Below are positions 10,189-19,958 of a stretch of 42,486 nucleotides of DNA, in pieces. Location of the stretch: the IMG/VR virus record IMGVR_UViG_3300010362_000041, positions 1 to 42,486 of that record; one strand, given 5' to 3'. Both the position numbers and the translations under genes were made by a program. Numbering within the stretch: the first letter of the stretch is position 1; every line of letters starts with the position of its first letter. Below the pieces are notes generated by a model. That model was not told where the DNA came from. It saw only the letters and a program-made list of their open reading frames with translations, and did no database searches. Source of the DNA: a virus. Taxonomy: Duplodnaviria > Caudoviricetes.

Positions 10189-10686
10189 TTAAGAACAGGC
10201 AACAGGGCCGTAAAAATTGCTCGCGCGCAGATTCGCTTTCGACTGTCGAGCCGTTCCGCGCGTGATTGGCTCGGGCTTGTCAATTGAGTCGGCCGGCCAT
10301 TCGATCGGCTGGACGCGCGCTCTCTTCAGGATCGTCGGCAGTTCGCCGACGTATCTGAAAGCGTTGATGACGGCGTCGCGCTCGAGACTCGCCTCTCGAT
10401 CGGAATTCGAAAGATCCGAGCCGCTGCGGTACTGAAAAATCTGCGTCAGGTTGTAAACGAGTTCATAAAGCGCGCCCCCCTGGCGGATATCCGACGGCAG
10501 AAAGCTCCGAGGAGTGACGACCCAGACATGGATCTTGTTCTCGTCGTCGAGCAATCCGCTAAAGGATCCCGATTCGAGAATTCCGCTGATATCGCGGCCG
10601 AGCACGATCGGCGCCGGATCGAAGACGGAGAGCGCGCTCTTCATCCGTTCGACGATGGCCTCTCTGATCTCGATCTCGCTCGCCAT
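10189..10686 (-). CDS. Tail terminator-like protein
   Basis: Synteny (between gp10-like gene and tail tube); IREAIVERMK N-terminus. Confidence 0.55.
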   Translation of the reverse strand: MASEIEIREAIVERMKSALSVFDPAPIVLGRDISGILESGSFSGLLDDENKIHVWVVTPRSFLPSDIRQGGALYELVYNLTQIFQYRSGSDLSNSDREASLERDAVINAFRYVGELPTILKRARVQPIEWPADSIDKPEPITRGTARQSKANLRASNFYGPVACS

Positions 10687-11067
10687 CTATGCGCGCCTCC
10701 TCAAGATTTCCTTAACGGCCGGCACGGCGAACGGGCGCGGCGATATCCGCGGCGTGCCTCGCTCCAGATAGCCCGCAAAGCGCGCTCCGATCTTGAGCGA
10801 ACCAACGAGAAACCCGCCGAATTTCTGTACATCAGGCTCGCCGATTGAGCGCTCCAGACCGCCAAAGCGTCGCGCCGGCGACTCCCCGGGCGCTGAGGCC
10901 TGATGCCTGACGCCGCCTCTTAGGCGATACTCGCGGCCCGACTTCGGCGCGTTGAACTCTTCGATCATTACCGCGCGCAGCTCGTTCAATGCACGCTCCA
11001 TGATCGGCGCGACCTGGCTAACGATGGCTCGCTCGAGCGCGTCTCCGATGATTACCTCGAAGCTCAT
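10687..11067 (-). CDS. Tail completion/neck protein (HK97 gp10-like)
   Basis: HQASAPGESPARRFGGLERSI and YLERGT.RI.PRPFAVPA motifs. Confidence 0.85.
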   Translation of the reverse strand: MSFEVIIGDALERAIVSQVAPIMERALNELRAVMIEEFNAPKSGREYRLRGGVRHQASAPGESPARRFGGLERSIGEPDVQKFGGFLVGSLKIGARFAGYLERGTPRISPRPFAVPAVKEILRRRA

Positions 11068-11459
11068 GCAACCTCCTCGAGCGGCGCGATATGGAAGCGC
11101 CAGAAACGACGAGGACCCGTCGGCGGGACGACGCCCGGTTCGGCCTGATCGCCGCGGACGACGCGGAAGCGCTGCGTACCGTGCTGAATGGCCGCGACTT
11201 GTCTCGCGTCTTCGTCAGAGATCATCAGCTCGCCGATCTGCAACTCGTATCGGACATCAGCCGGCAGAGATTTCCCCTCAGCGTCGCCAGTGAAAAAGGG
11301 GTAAAAGCTCTTATCAACGGTCAGGAAGTCTACGAACTCGCGCGTCGTCGGATCGAGTTTCTGAAGCGAGATCGAGCCTGGCTCGCCCTGCAATTCCAGA
11401 TTGACGCGGCGGATCGCCTCGAGCCGTTGCATATGCGCCTGTGTGAAAAGTCCGGACAT
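11064..11459 (-). CDS. Head closure (stopper)-like protein
   Basis: Size and synteny upstream of gp10-like gene. Confidence 0.5.
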   Translation of the reverse strand: MSGLFTQAHMQRLEAIRRVNLELQGEPGSISLQKLDPTTREFVDFLTVDKSFYPFFTGDAEGKSLPADVRYELQIGELMISDEDARQVAAIQHGTQRFRVVRGDQAEPGVVPPTGPRRFWRFHIAPLEEVA

Positions 11460-13051
11460 CAGCTAGTCTTTCGCGTGACGCCACTAAAGAAGGGGATATT
11501 CCCTTTCTCGAGCGTATGAATGTCGCCGTTACTGGCCAGGACCTTAACGTCGTGAATGTAGTCGAGGCCGGCCTTCGCCTTTATGGTCTCCGTCCGATTC
11601 GGATTGAAGAACATCGCGAGAGTTCCGCCGGCGGTATTGGGGATAGTGATCTGGCCATTCGCCGAAGGCGCGGCCGTGATTTCCTTGTGAATGAGCGCCT
11701 GGCCGTCTGACTCTTTTTCCGACTTCTTCACAGAAAACCAGGCCTTCGTAATGACCGTACCCGGCGGCAGCGTCGTATAGGTCCGCCGGACGACGAAGTC
11801 GTCGCCGATCGCCACTGGTTTGATTTTTACGCCCGTTTTCGTCATGCCGATGTGTAGAAGAGGAAATGACTGATTATCTTCCCAGGTCGCTTCGATCGTC
11901 CGATTATCTTCCCAGGCCGCTTCGATCGTCTGATCGTCTTCCCAGGTAAGCGCGATCGTCTGATCGTCAATCGTTAAAGGTTCAAAGGCCTCATCAGGGA
12001 ACGAGATGCCGCCGATCGCTCGGCCGCTTCCCTGCGATCTCCCTGCCAATCCGCGGAGCGCATTTATCGCCGATTGCACCGTCGAGGATCCGCCGATCCG
12101 CGCCGTCAGGCCGCGCAGTATTCCGGCCGCTCCTCTTGCGCGCCCCGCGCCGCTCACTCGAGCATCGAATCCGCGAATTACCGACAGAACGCCTTGCGCC
12201 GACGATCGCCCGGTGATGATTCCGGCGAGAGCCCTAATCGCCCCGGTCGCAAAAGTTCCGATCGTGTTCGATCTTCCGGCTACTCTCGCGGCGAAAGTTC
12301 GCAGCACGGCGATCGCGCCTTGCGTCGAAGATCGGCCGCCGGCTAACCCCGCCAGGCCGCGGATAATTGAAGCCGCGGCGACTGTCCGGCTTTGCCCCGT
12401 CGTCCTGCCATTCAATGATCGCAGCGTCGCTATGGCGCCCTGACTGGAGGTTCGGCCCGTTACGCGCCCCTCGAGCGCTATCGTCGCGCCGCCTCCTGCC
12501 AGATCCTCGGCCAGGAAATCATCGAAGCTCTCGGCCGCCCACGCGATTACGCCTGTCTGGCCTGCGGTCGTAATCCGTGCGGCGTTCGCGTCGAGGATGT
12601 CGGCGCCGAGCTGTACCCCGTTGCGAATCGCCTTCAGCGTGACGGTCGCGCCAGTCCCCGAGACTTGCAACGTAAAGACGTCGTTCGCCCCATGGGTCTG
12701 CGTCCGACTCCCTACGAGATTGTGAGTTCCACTGTCTACGCGATAGACCTCCACAGTGTCGGAACTGTAGAAGTCCAGGTAATACATGCTGTTCTGATTG
12801 GCAGCTCGAACGGCCGGCCCGCCGTCGAAGCCGGCTCCGGTGATCCGTTTTATGCTCGCTTTGCAGTCCGCGATCGCCGCGTGAGCCGTCGTCGTAGTAA
12901 GGACACAAACAAACGGCCCGCCGCCCGCCGCCGCGAGTTGATTGCCGGAAATCGACCAAGTCGAGCCACCGCTTTCGAACTCCGTCCAGTTCGTCGCGTC
13001 GACTGTGGCGCTGTTGATGCGATTGAAATTGTCGCTGAATAGCGTCGCCAA
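11459..13051 (-). CDS. Fibre/appendage protein: N-terminal beta-sandwich, ~22-aa repeats, C-terminal BppU-like domain
   Basis: FSDNFNR start; repeated LxGRxxGRSSxQGAIxxLR; C-terminal GDDF...AWFSVKK...YIHDVKV...TLEKG. Confidence 0.6.
   Translation of the reverse strand: MATLFSDNFNRINSATVDATNWTEFESGGSTWSISGNQLAAAGGGPFVCVLTTTTAHAAIADCKASIKRITGAGFDGGPAVRAANQNSMYYLDFYSSDTVEVYRVDSGTHNLVGSRTQTHGANDVFTLQVSGTGATVTLKAIRNGVQLGADILDANAARITTAGQTGVIAWAAESFDDFLAEDLAGGGATIALEGRVTGRTSSQGAIATLRSLNGRTTGQSRTVAAASIIRGLAGLAGGRSSTQGAIAVLRTFAARVAGRSNTIGTFATGAIRALAGIITGRSSAQGVLSVIRGFDARVSGAGRARGAAGILRGLTARIGGSSTVQSAINALRGLAGRSQGSGRAIGGISFPDEAFEPLTIDDQTIALTWEDDQTIEAAWEDNRTIEATWEDNQSFPLLHIGMTKTGVKIKPVAIGDDFVVRRTYTTLPPGTVITKAWFSVKKSEKESDGQALIHKEITAAPSANGQITIPNTAGGTLAMFFNPNRTETIKAKAGLDYIHDVKVLASNGDIHTLEKGNIPFFSGVTRKTS
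11871..11970. repeat. 30-bp tandem repeat (~3.3 copies) encoding WED(D/N)xTIxxx
   Basis: tgattatcttcccaggtcgcttcgatcgtc / cgattatcttcccaggccgcttcgatcgtc / tgatcgtcttcccaggtaagcgcgatcgtc. Confidence 0.85.
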
Positions 13052-13058
13052 GCATTAC

Positions 13059-13472
13059 TCAAGCTAAACTGTTTGCGTCGAATTCAGTGTTGCCCAGGCG
13101 TTCGGCGATCGCGGCGAGCACGTCTCGATACGAGCTGGAGTTATCAATGACCGTCATATCAACGCCGAGCGCCGTCAAACGGGTCATCATTTCGACTTTT
13201 GAATTGTCGTCCATTCCGCTGAGGCTGCCGTCGAGCGAATAATCCGGCATCAGATAGACGTCTTCGACGGCGCCGAGAGCCGCGTGATTTTGCGCCTCCA
13301 GGAAACAGCAACACCAAGGGACGTCCGGCTCTCCTTCGGTAATACCGCTCTGCATGACTCTATTGACCTGGCGATCGGGTTCTACGAGCCAGGCCTGGCT
13401 ATCAAGGATCGCCGGCCGCACTCGATTGCGAGAGTCTCGAGCCAGGGGCGAGATGTAATATCGTTCCGACAT
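13059..13472 (-). CDS. Hypothetical protein (possible fibre chaperone)
   Basis: GGAGG SD; lies between two fibre-like genes. Confidence 0.6.
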   Translation of the reverse strand: MSERYYISPLARDSRNRVRPAILDSQAWLVEPDRQVNRVMQSGITEGEPDVPWCCCFLEAQNHAALGAVEDVYLMPDYSLDGSLSGMDDNSKVEMMTRLTALGVDMTVIDNSSSYRDVLAAIAERLGNTEFDANSLA

Positions 13473-13483
13473 TGTTCCTCCGA

Positions 13484-14149
13484 TCAGTCTTCAGAGACTT
13501 GTATAGAGTTAGCTACAAATTGAACCGTATCGCCGTTGAGGACTGGCTTCGCCGCGATCTTCGCTATTAAGCCCGAGCCGTCAACGGTGATATTGATCGC
13601 CGCGCCGCCTTGCGTGGCGGAGAGTTGGAAAGTGTTGCCGCTCACGCCGATGACGAAGTAAGTCGTGCCGGCGGAAAGACCAGTCGGCAATGTCGAGCCG
13701 GGAACGGCATACAATCGAACCGTATCGTCATTGACAAACGTATGGCCGGGAGAGGTCAGGACTTCGGTCGCAGCAAGGCCGGTGAAGACTCTGCCCGAGT
13801 CGCTGCCGAGCCATCCCCAATAAAGGAGATTGCCGCCTGACACCGCATCGAAGAGGCCGAAGGCGACAACGGGCGTCAGCGCCGGCGCCCAATCGGCGTT
13901 AGCCGTGACGAAGTCCTGCTGAGTTGCGAGCTGCTTCAGGCCGCCGGAGGCCGCCGGGAAGTTCGTCGTATTGTTGGTGACCGACTTCCTCGCGTAATTG
14001 CCCGCGCTGCATTCAGTGCCGCCGCCCCCGTCAGCCGGCGCTGTCGTAAACAGGCCGATGAAGATATTCGCCGGCGCTGTATACGCTTGGGCGCCGAGGA
14101 CGTGATCGAGCAGCTCGAGTTCGAGAAAATCGCTTTTACTTCCAGGCAT
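13484..14149 (-). CDS. Phage fibre/structural protein with inserted beta domain
   Basis: SDFLELELLDHVLG..AYTAP..IFIGLFT.AP.DGGGGTE....YAR motif; insert SPGHTFVNDDTVRL...LPTGLSAGTTYFVI...NTFQLSATQGGAAINIT. Confidence 0.75.
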   Translation of the reverse strand: MPGSKSDFLELELLDHVLGAQAYTAPANIFIGLFTTAPADGGGGTECSAGNYARKSVTNNTTNFPAASGGLKQLATQQDFVTANADWAPALTPVVAFGLFDAVSGGNLLYWGWLGSDSGRVFTGLAATEVLTSPGHTFVNDDTVRLYAVPGSTLPTGLSAGTTYFVIGVSGNTFQLSATQGGAAINITVDGSGLIAKIAAKPVLNGDTVQFVANSIQVSED

Positions 14150-14160
14150 TCAATAACTCC

Positions 14161-14796
14161 TCATTGCCAGGCTCCGGCCGTCGCGCAGCGGCAGGAGATA
14201 AATCCACATAAGCGGCAACATTGAGCGCCTCTCTGGCCGACGGCGTAAGCTCCGCTCGCCGCGTCCTCGGCGCTCGTATAAAGCGCCGCGAGAGCCTCGC
14301 CGACGAGAGCCTCGCGATCGCGCGTCTGCGAGTAATCCGTTCCGTCGCGGCCGCCTTTGGTGGCGACCGTGCCGTCTCCGATCCGATCGAGCGCTTCGAC
14401 GATCGCCGAGAGATGTTGCGAAACGAGATCGAGGATCTCTCCGCCCAACGTATACGCGCCGTTGCCGATCGAGCCGAACAGTTCGAGAGTGTTGGCCGAA
14501 GGATTCGCCACGAGCCAAACGCCATTGGCCGCCGTATTGCCCTCGACGCCTTGGACGGTGATCGGCTCGTCGGCCGCGAAGCCGTGGCCGTTCGAAGTGA
14601 TCACGATCGGCGAGGCGTTGCTCGCGGCCGTGATCGCCTTGCGCCGGGCGACTCGCGCGAAGACTTTCGACTCGACGTTCGGCCATCGCGCCGTATCCTG
14701 GCGATAGGTCTCCGAGGCTCTGACAACGCGGATCAGGCGCGTCGCCTGGCTCGCATTCAGGACGTCGGCATTCTCGATCTGTGAGACGATCGGCAT
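14161..14796 (-). CDS. Putative head-tail adaptor with inserted FCCH-like beta domain
   Basis: Position after capsid; ITAASNASPIVITSNGHGF...VQGVEGNTAANGVW.V....NTLEL insert; C-terminal Cys cluster. Confidence 0.55.
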   Translation of the reverse strand: MPIVSQIENADVLNASQATRLIRVVRASETYRQDTARWPNVESKVFARVARRKAITAASNASPIVITSNGHGFAADEPITVQGVEGNTAANGVWLVANPSANTLELFGSIGNGAYTLGGEILDLVSQHLSAIVEALDRIGDGTVATKGGRDGTDYSQTRDREALVGEALAALYTSAEDAASGAYAVGQRGAQCCRLCGFISCRCATAGAWQ

Positions 14797-14799
14797 TGT

Positions 14800-15039
14800 T
14801 TACTTCGATTCGCCTTGCGATTGCTCGACCGAGGCCTCGACGACCTCCGCGATCGCGCCGAGGCTCAATTGAAATTCAGGATCCGGCAGCTCGTCGGCCG
14901 TAACCGTTTCGCCTCTCAGTCGCAAATTGCCGGTTTTATCAGAGATGCCACTGAAGGCCACGACGTAAGACTTCGGAGCGACTTTCGCCGGCGCTTCCGG
15001 TGTCTCCTTGCCTGTTTTTGGAGTCTTTTCGTTTGCCAT
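14800..15039 (-). CDS. Small hypothetical protein after capsid
   Basis: ATG 15039 (MANEKTPK); LRGETVT..EL....QLSLGAI motif common in post-capsid genes. Confidence 0.6.
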   Translation of the reverse strand: MANEKTPKTGKETPEAPAKVAPKSYVVAFSGISDKTGNLRLRGETVTADELPDPEFQLSLGAIAEVVEASVEQSQGESK

Positions 15040-15052
15040 AACACCCTTGAAG

Positions 15053-15082
15053 AAACCCGGCCCCGTTTGCCGAGGCCGGTTT
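15053..15082 (-). terminator. Hairpin after major capsid gene
   Basis: Imperfect inverted repeat aaacccggcc...ggccggttt. Confidence 0.45.
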
Positions 15083-15115
15083 AGTTGGAAGGAGGACCGC
15101 AAAAAGCGCTCCAGG

Positions 15116-16144
15116 CTATACACTCAGGATTATGATCGCCGACGGGAAGTAGATCACCGGCCCGCCGTTGTGGCCGTCATGGACCTCGATGGTGCGCGGA
15201 ACCTGCCTGCCGCTGCCCGCCGCGCCGCGGTCGATAACTTCCATATAGGCCCCCGGGGCCATATTCGGATTCTGAGCGTTGCGCGTCATCCGGTACTCGG
15301 CGACGCGCCCGCCGTCCGTGCGCGCGCCGACGACGATAACTTTCGCGTTGGCGATGAATGGCTGGAAGACTCCGACCTCGTCGAGGTAACCGCCGTCGTA
15401 GATAACTATCTGCGGCAGATCCTCGCCGGCCAGCACGGAGTTGATCTCGGTCAGGTTGAGCACGCTCTGCAGGCCGCTCGTGCGTCGCCCGGCGAAGTCG
15501 TTCGTGTTCGTGTTCGAGACCAGGTTGTTGAACGTCACCCGGTTCATGTAGGCCTTTGCCGCCGCTCCGAAATTGACCGAATGGCCGCGGCTCAGGAGCT
15601 GCACCGCCCGAAAATCTTTCAGCGGAGTCGCGGTTGCGAAGGTCGCCCAGGCCACAGCGGCCGAGGCCGTCTGCAAGGCGAACGTGTCAGTCTGCAGGAC
15701 CTGCCCGTCAGGACCGCTGATTGAAAACGTCCCCGTCGTCAGTAACGTCCACCCGATAAATTCTTCCCGGTCGAGCCTGCGGCCGAGGAGGCGGTCCTGC
15801 TCCCGCATGATCAGATCGTCGATCGAGATGGGCTGGCCGAAGGTTCCCCACTGCCGGCGTTCGGTGAGTTCGAGTTCGTCTATGGTCGTGAACTCGCCGT
15901 AAACGCCCGGCTCCATCATGAACCGTTTGGCGCCGGTCTTCTTTACACGCGGAGGCTGGCCGTTCAGTCCGCGAATCTGCTGCAGGCCGACGTAATTGTC
16001 TTCCTGCTCCCACATCAGGATGTGAGAGTCCACGCTCTCGATGGGCATAATTCCGAAGATCGGCCGCTGCGCGACCAGATTCGGCAATTTATCCTGGGCG
16101 ATTCGCGTCAACTCGGCGCTGGTCGGATAAACTAAAGTTGCCAT
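15116..16144 (-). CDS. Major capsid protein (lambda gpE family)
   Basis: 342 aa following decoration gene; RRLDREEF..W..L.TG and W.....TPLKDF motifs. Confidence 0.9.
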   Translation of the reverse strand: MATLVYPTSAELTRIAQDKLPNLVAQRPIFGIMPIESVDSHILMWEQEDNYVGLQQIRGLNGQPPRVKKTGAKRFMMEPGVYGEFTTIDELELTERRQWGTFGQPISIDDLIMREQDRLLGRRLDREEFIGWTLLTTGTFSISGPDGQVLQTDTFALQTASAAVAWATFATATPLKDFRAVQLLSRGHSVNFGAAAKAYMNRVTFNNLVSNTNTNDFAGRRTSGLQSVLNLTEINSVLAGEDLPQIVIYDGGYLDEVGVFQPFIANAKVIVVGARTDGGRVAEYRMTRNAQNPNMAPGAYMEVIDRGAAGSGRQVPRTIEVHDGHNGGPVIYFPSAIIILSV

Positions 16145-16198
16145 TTCTTCTCCTCTTCAAGTCCTCTTCAAAAGGTTTTGTTTATCGGCTCGCGCCGG

Positions 16199-16621
16199 TT
16201 ATGGAATTCGAACGACGGCGCCCGGGTCGGCCACGGTGTCGCCGTAGGTTAAGCGGGCTTTCAGATCGGTGATTGCCGCGGCGTCGAGCCCTGTCAGGTC
16301 GGCGACCAGGAAGTCGCCCCGGTCGTAGGCCGGAGCGCTCAGCTCAAACTGGCCGTGCTCCGAAACAGCGGCCGCGCCGATGAAGTGTTGTCCGCTCGCG
16401 TTAGTGGCGACCGGGTATTGCAGGATCGCCCGCGCGACGCCGGAGCCGTCAACAGCGGCATCCACGTAGGCAACCCATAGGTTTGTAGCGTCAACACGGC
16501 CGAGCACTGTGCCCGCGGCGAGAGTCAGCGACGGCGCCAGCTTGACCGTAATCGTGCGCGCCATATCAGGATTGGCCCACGGCTCCAGTTTGACGCCGGT
16601 GAAAGTGTGAATGAGTGGCAT
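16199..16621 (-). CDS. Head decoration protein (gpD-like)
   Basis: LAAGTVLGR...Y...A.DGSGVARAIL motif; between protease and capsid. Confidence 0.88.
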   Translation of the reverse strand: MPLIHTFTGVKLEPWANPDMARTITVKLAPSLTLAAGTVLGRVDATNLWVAYVDAAVDGSGVARAILQYPVATNASGQHFIGAAAVSEHGQFELSAPAYDRGDFLVADLTGLDAAAITDLKARLTYGDTVADPGAVVRIP

Positions 16622-16673
16622 TGTTAATCACGCTCCTTTCGTGCGTTTCAGATTTGGCCGCGAATTGCGGCGA

Positions 16674-18089
16674 TTACTTGACGACGCTCAGCGCGGCCTT
16701 GCCCGCCGGCGTATGCCCGAGCAGTTCGCGCCGGCGCGCCTCGCTCATTTCGGTCTGATTGTTCTCGTCGGCCTTCAGGACCTTGTCGCCTGGCCCGACG
16801 GTAAGCTCCTCCGTGAGCTTGTGAGAGGGGCGCGCTTCGATCATCGCGCGCAGATTGGCGACGCGAGAGCCTTTCTCGAGCGGCCGCTCCTGATCGTCGG
16901 CCGCCGCGATCAGATATTGCGAGATCGTCGGATCCTTCTCGGCCGGGAAGAGCCTGCCGGCGGCGATCTGTGCCCCGACGAAGGCCTCGGCCTCGGCCTT
17001 GGTTTTCTCCTCGAGCTGCGCGGCGAGCTGCTTCCGCAGGCGATCGGCCTCGACCTCGGCCTCGGCGACTCGCGCGCCTTCTTCTTCGACGGATTTGGCC
17101 GGCTCCTGCGTCTCTGGCGTTTCGATCGCCTTCGCCGGCGATTCTCCCTTGATGGCGGCTATAAGGCGCGCCTTCATACCTTCGAATCTCTCTTCAAGAG
17201 TCATGTCGTCTTCCTCCGCGGCTTCGACAATCTCTTCGACATCGGCCGCCATTTTGGGTTTGTATCTGCGCGGCTTTTTGCCGGCCGCAAGATCCGAAAT
17301 AACCTGCTCAAACGAGCCGAGCCGATCGGCCAGGCCGGCCTCGACGGCCTTCTGTCCGACGAACACGGCACCCTGTCCGAAGTCGCTCAGAACGGTCTCG
17401 GCGCTTACGCGCCGATTGCGAGCGACGGTCTCGACGAAGACGTCGGCCAGATCATCGACCATCGCCTGGATCTGATCCTTGCCCGACTCCGTCGTCGGAT
17501 TCGGGCGCTTCTTCGGCGACTGGCTCGAGACGAACTCGATCTCGCGGGCGCTCTTCTTCTCCGGATTCGGCCAGGCGGCGACGACGCCGATCGAGCCGAT
17601 CATCGCCGTCGCGTCGGCGACGATCTCGTCCGCTGCGCTCGCTATCCAATAGGCCGCCGACGCGCCGAGGCCGTCCACGTAAGCGACGATCGGCTTCCGG
17701 CCGCGCGCCTCGAAGACCATCTGAGCGAACTCATTCACGCCGGCGACTTCCCCGCCTGGCGAATCTATGTTGAGCACGATCGAGGAGACGGCGGAGTCGT
17801 TAAGCGCCGCGGCGAAATCCTTGGAGAGGCTCTCGATCGTCGCGCCTCCGGAGATGTCGGTGAAGAAGTCGGTGTATCGGAAAATCGGCCCGGTGACCGG
17901 GACGACGGCGACGCCGCCCTCGCGGAGCCTGGCGCTCTCGGCGCCGTCCATCCTGCGCGATCGCTTCGCGGCGACGGCCTCGAAGTCCGGCAGATGCTCG
18001 CGCGTCGAGATCTCGAGGATCTGCTGGAGCGCATCCGGAGTGATCGCCCACGGTATCGAACAGGCCAGAGTGAAAGCCCGAAACGCCAT
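16674..18089 (-). CDS. S49 (gpC-like) prohead protease with C-terminal scaffold
   Basis: IDSPGGEV, GASAAYWIASAAD, GSIGV motifs; ATG overlaps portal stop (TAATG). Confidence 0.92.
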   Translation of the reverse strand: MAFRAFTLACSIPWAITPDALQQILEISTREHLPDFEAVAAKRSRRMDGAESARLREGGVAVVPVTGPIFRYTDFFTDISGGATIESLSKDFAAALNDSAVSSIVLNIDSPGGEVAGVNEFAQMVFEARGRKPIVAYVDGLGASAAYWIASAADEIVADATAMIGSIGVVAAWPNPEKKSAREIEFVSSQSPKKRPNPTTESGKDQIQAMVDDLADVFVETVARNRRVSAETVLSDFGQGAVFVGQKAVEAGLADRLGSFEQVISDLAAGKKPRRYKPKMAADVEEIVEAAEEDDMTLEERFEGMKARLIAAIKGESPAKAIETPETQEPAKSVEEEGARVAEAEVEADRLRKQLAAQLEEKTKAEAEAFVGAQIAAGRLFPAEKDPTISQYLIAAADDQERPLEKGSRVANLRAMIEARPSHKLTEELTVGPGDKVLKADENNQTEMSEARRRELLGHTPAGKAALSVVK

Positions 18090-19612
18090 TACGAAGCCCT
18101 CCTCGCCTTGATCGTGACGAACGCGCCGGATCGAGGCCTGAAAGTTATGCGCCCCTGCGGTACAGGCGTTTGTACTTGCTGATCGGCGATCTGCGCCTGG
18201 CGCGCGATCCCTCGAGGCTGCTCGCCAGGCAGAGGAGCCGGCAGGCCGAGCTGCTCGGTGACCGAGTTCCATTGCGAGTCGGTGATCTCAGGCGAGAGCG
18301 CGACTGCGGCCGTCGCGTCCGTCGCCCAGTCGCGGCGCTCCGTATCGCCGAGGCTGACGGCAGGACAGAAGCGCAGGGCCTCATCGCCGAAGTTGTAGCG
18401 GATTGCCTTCTCGATCAGATCGCATTTGATCGTCCTGGCGATCTTGCCCTTCAACCACCAAACGAGGAGATCGAGCACGCCCATGTGAGTCTGGCTCTGC
18501 GCGCGCGTACCGAACTGCGCCTCGTTCGTGGCCAAAGTTTGAAAGAGAATGCCCTTCGAGATTTGCGAGTCGGCGACGTTGATCGCGCGCTCGAAGCCGG
18601 TGCCCTCGCCTTCGACGTCGAGCTGATCGACCTCGGCGCCGTTCGGAACGACCGCGGCCGACGCGTTCTTGAGGCCGAGGAGCGCCTGGAGCATCGCCTC
18701 CGCCGGCGTCAGCGGCTTCGCTCCGTCCTTCGGCGTGCCGTCGCTGTTACGCTGGACGTCGCCGGGCTGCTTCGGCGCCGTCTTGCCGATGATCGAAGGC
18801 AGCGCGCAGTTATCGAGCCAGCGCTTATATTCCGGCCAGGTCATGCATTTGAACATCCATGCCGTATAGACCGGCCTGATCGAACTGCGGCCGCGAGGAT
18901 CCTCGTCCTCTTCGTGCAAAGCCAGGTGAAAGAACTTTTCGCGGGGGATAACGACGCGCGCCGGCAGGCTCAGAACCGGCGTTCGCGGAGTGAAGCCGAG
19001 ATGATTCCAGAAACGATCGACGACGAAGTCGAGCGTCCGGTAATCCTTTTGAGCCAGGCGATCGGGCAGGAGCTTCCCGCGGTCGACGCCGCTTTCGACG
19101 AGCTTCCAGGTGATTTCGGCGGTCTTATGGCCATACGTCAGCGCGCCTTCGACGATCCCTTCGAGAGTCTCCTCGAGCGGCTTGCGCAAGTATGAGATCG
19201 AGCGCTCGCAAAATTGCGCGATCTCGAGCGCTCGATCGAACTCCGGCGCGTCGTCGTCCACCGGCTTACCTTCGACGGCCGGCGCGAGCTGCATTCCGTC
19301 GGCGAGTGCCATCTGGACGAGCGTCCGGACATCGCTCAAGACTTCCGGATCGTTGAGCATCTGCCGATACGTCTCGAAGGTAACTTCGGGCGCCCTCGGA
19401 TCGTGGGATTGAGACGGTATCTGGCGCTCGAGAGCGCCATACGCCTGGCCGTAGGCGGCGACGTATTCGACGCTCGGATCGAAATCGGCTGCGGCCGAGG
19501 ACTCGCCGCCACTGGAGGGGGAAATGGTCAAGGCGGCGGTTTGAACGTGATCGGGCTTCAGCGCGTTCGCGCCGGCGACCTGGAATCTGTTTTTGTTTCG
19601 CCTTTTGCCCAT
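18089..19612 (-). CDS. Portal protein (DUF935 / Mu gp29-like)
   Basis: ALTYGH..AEITW, PRGRSSIR, QISKGILFQTLAT..QFGTRAQSQTH motifs. Confidence 0.9.
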   Translation of the reverse strand: MGKRRNKNRFQVAGANALKPDHVQTAALTISPSSGGESSAAADFDPSVEYVAAYGQAYGALERQIPSQSHDPRAPEVTFETYRQMLNDPEVLSDVRTLVQMALADGMQLAPAVEGKPVDDDAPEFDRALEIAQFCERSISYLRKPLEETLEGIVEGALTYGHKTAEITWKLVESGVDRGKLLPDRLAQKDYRTLDFVVDRFWNHLGFTPRTPVLSLPARVVIPREKFFHLALHEEDEDPRGRSSIRPVYTAWMFKCMTWPEYKRWLDNCALPSIIGKTAPKQPGDVQRNSDGTPKDGAKPLTPAEAMLQALLGLKNASAAVVPNGAEVDQLDVEGEGTGFERAINVADSQISKGILFQTLATNEAQFGTRAQSQTHMGVLDLLVWWLKGKIARTIKCDLIEKAIRYNFGDEALRFCPAVSLGDTERRDWATDATAAVALSPEITDSQWNSVTEQLGLPAPLPGEQPRGIARQAQIADQQVQTPVPQGRITFRPRSGAFVTIKARRAS

Positions 19613-19657
19613 AAAACACAAAAGGCCGATTCGCCCATCACTGGACGAATCAGCCTT
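19613..19657 (-). terminator. Intrinsic terminator immediately upstream of portal gene
   Basis: AAGGCTGATTCGTCCA-GTGA-TGGGCGAATCGGCCTT followed by TTGTGTTTT. Confidence 0.8.
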
Positions 19658-19719
19658 CGAGAGACGCTTTCCGCTTGGCGCTCGCGGCGCGCGCGGGAGA
19701 TTTTATAGATCGAAGCCGG

Positions 19720-19749
19720 ATTCTACGGACTAAGTCTTTTCGATTGCAA
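19720..19749 (-). promoter_or_regulatory. Sigma70-like late promoter
   Basis: TTGCAA-18 nt-TAGAAT pointing to portal operon. Confidence 0.6.
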
Positions 19750-19766
19750 GAGAAATCTGATGCGAG

Positions 19767-19799
19767 CCCCGCTCTACGCTGTGAGAGCATAGAGCGGGG
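19767..19799 (-). terminator. Hairpin after 48-aa gene
   Basis: CCCCGCTCTATGCT-CTCAC-AGCGTAGAGCGGGG. Confidence 0.65.
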
Positions 19800-19811
19800 G
19801 AAATGGCCTAA

Positions 19812-19958
19812 CTATTTCTTCTTCTTGCTAGGCTTGTTTGCAGTTTGAGTCAACGCCGAGGCCGCTACCCTGCGAACAGGTTTAGGGGTCTTGGGGTCGC
19901 TCAGGAGTCGCGACGCAATAGTCGCGATGGGTTTTGATGTTTTCTCGTTTTTCGCCAT
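19812..19958 (-). CDS. 48-aa basic microprotein
   Basis: AGGAGA SD; MAKNEKTSKPIATIASRLLSDPKTPKPVRRVAASALTQ resembles a recurrent small mobile-element protein family. Confidence 0.75.
   Translation of the reverse strand: MAKNEKTSKPIATIASRLLSDPKTPKPVRRVAASALTQTANKPSKKKK

Noticed and set aside
18090-18272. Long N-terminal extensions in the ORF track (protease, integrase, CI, Cro, DUF559)
   Set aside because: They overlap neighbouring genes or promoters; downstream starts fit SD, overlap or promoter evidence better
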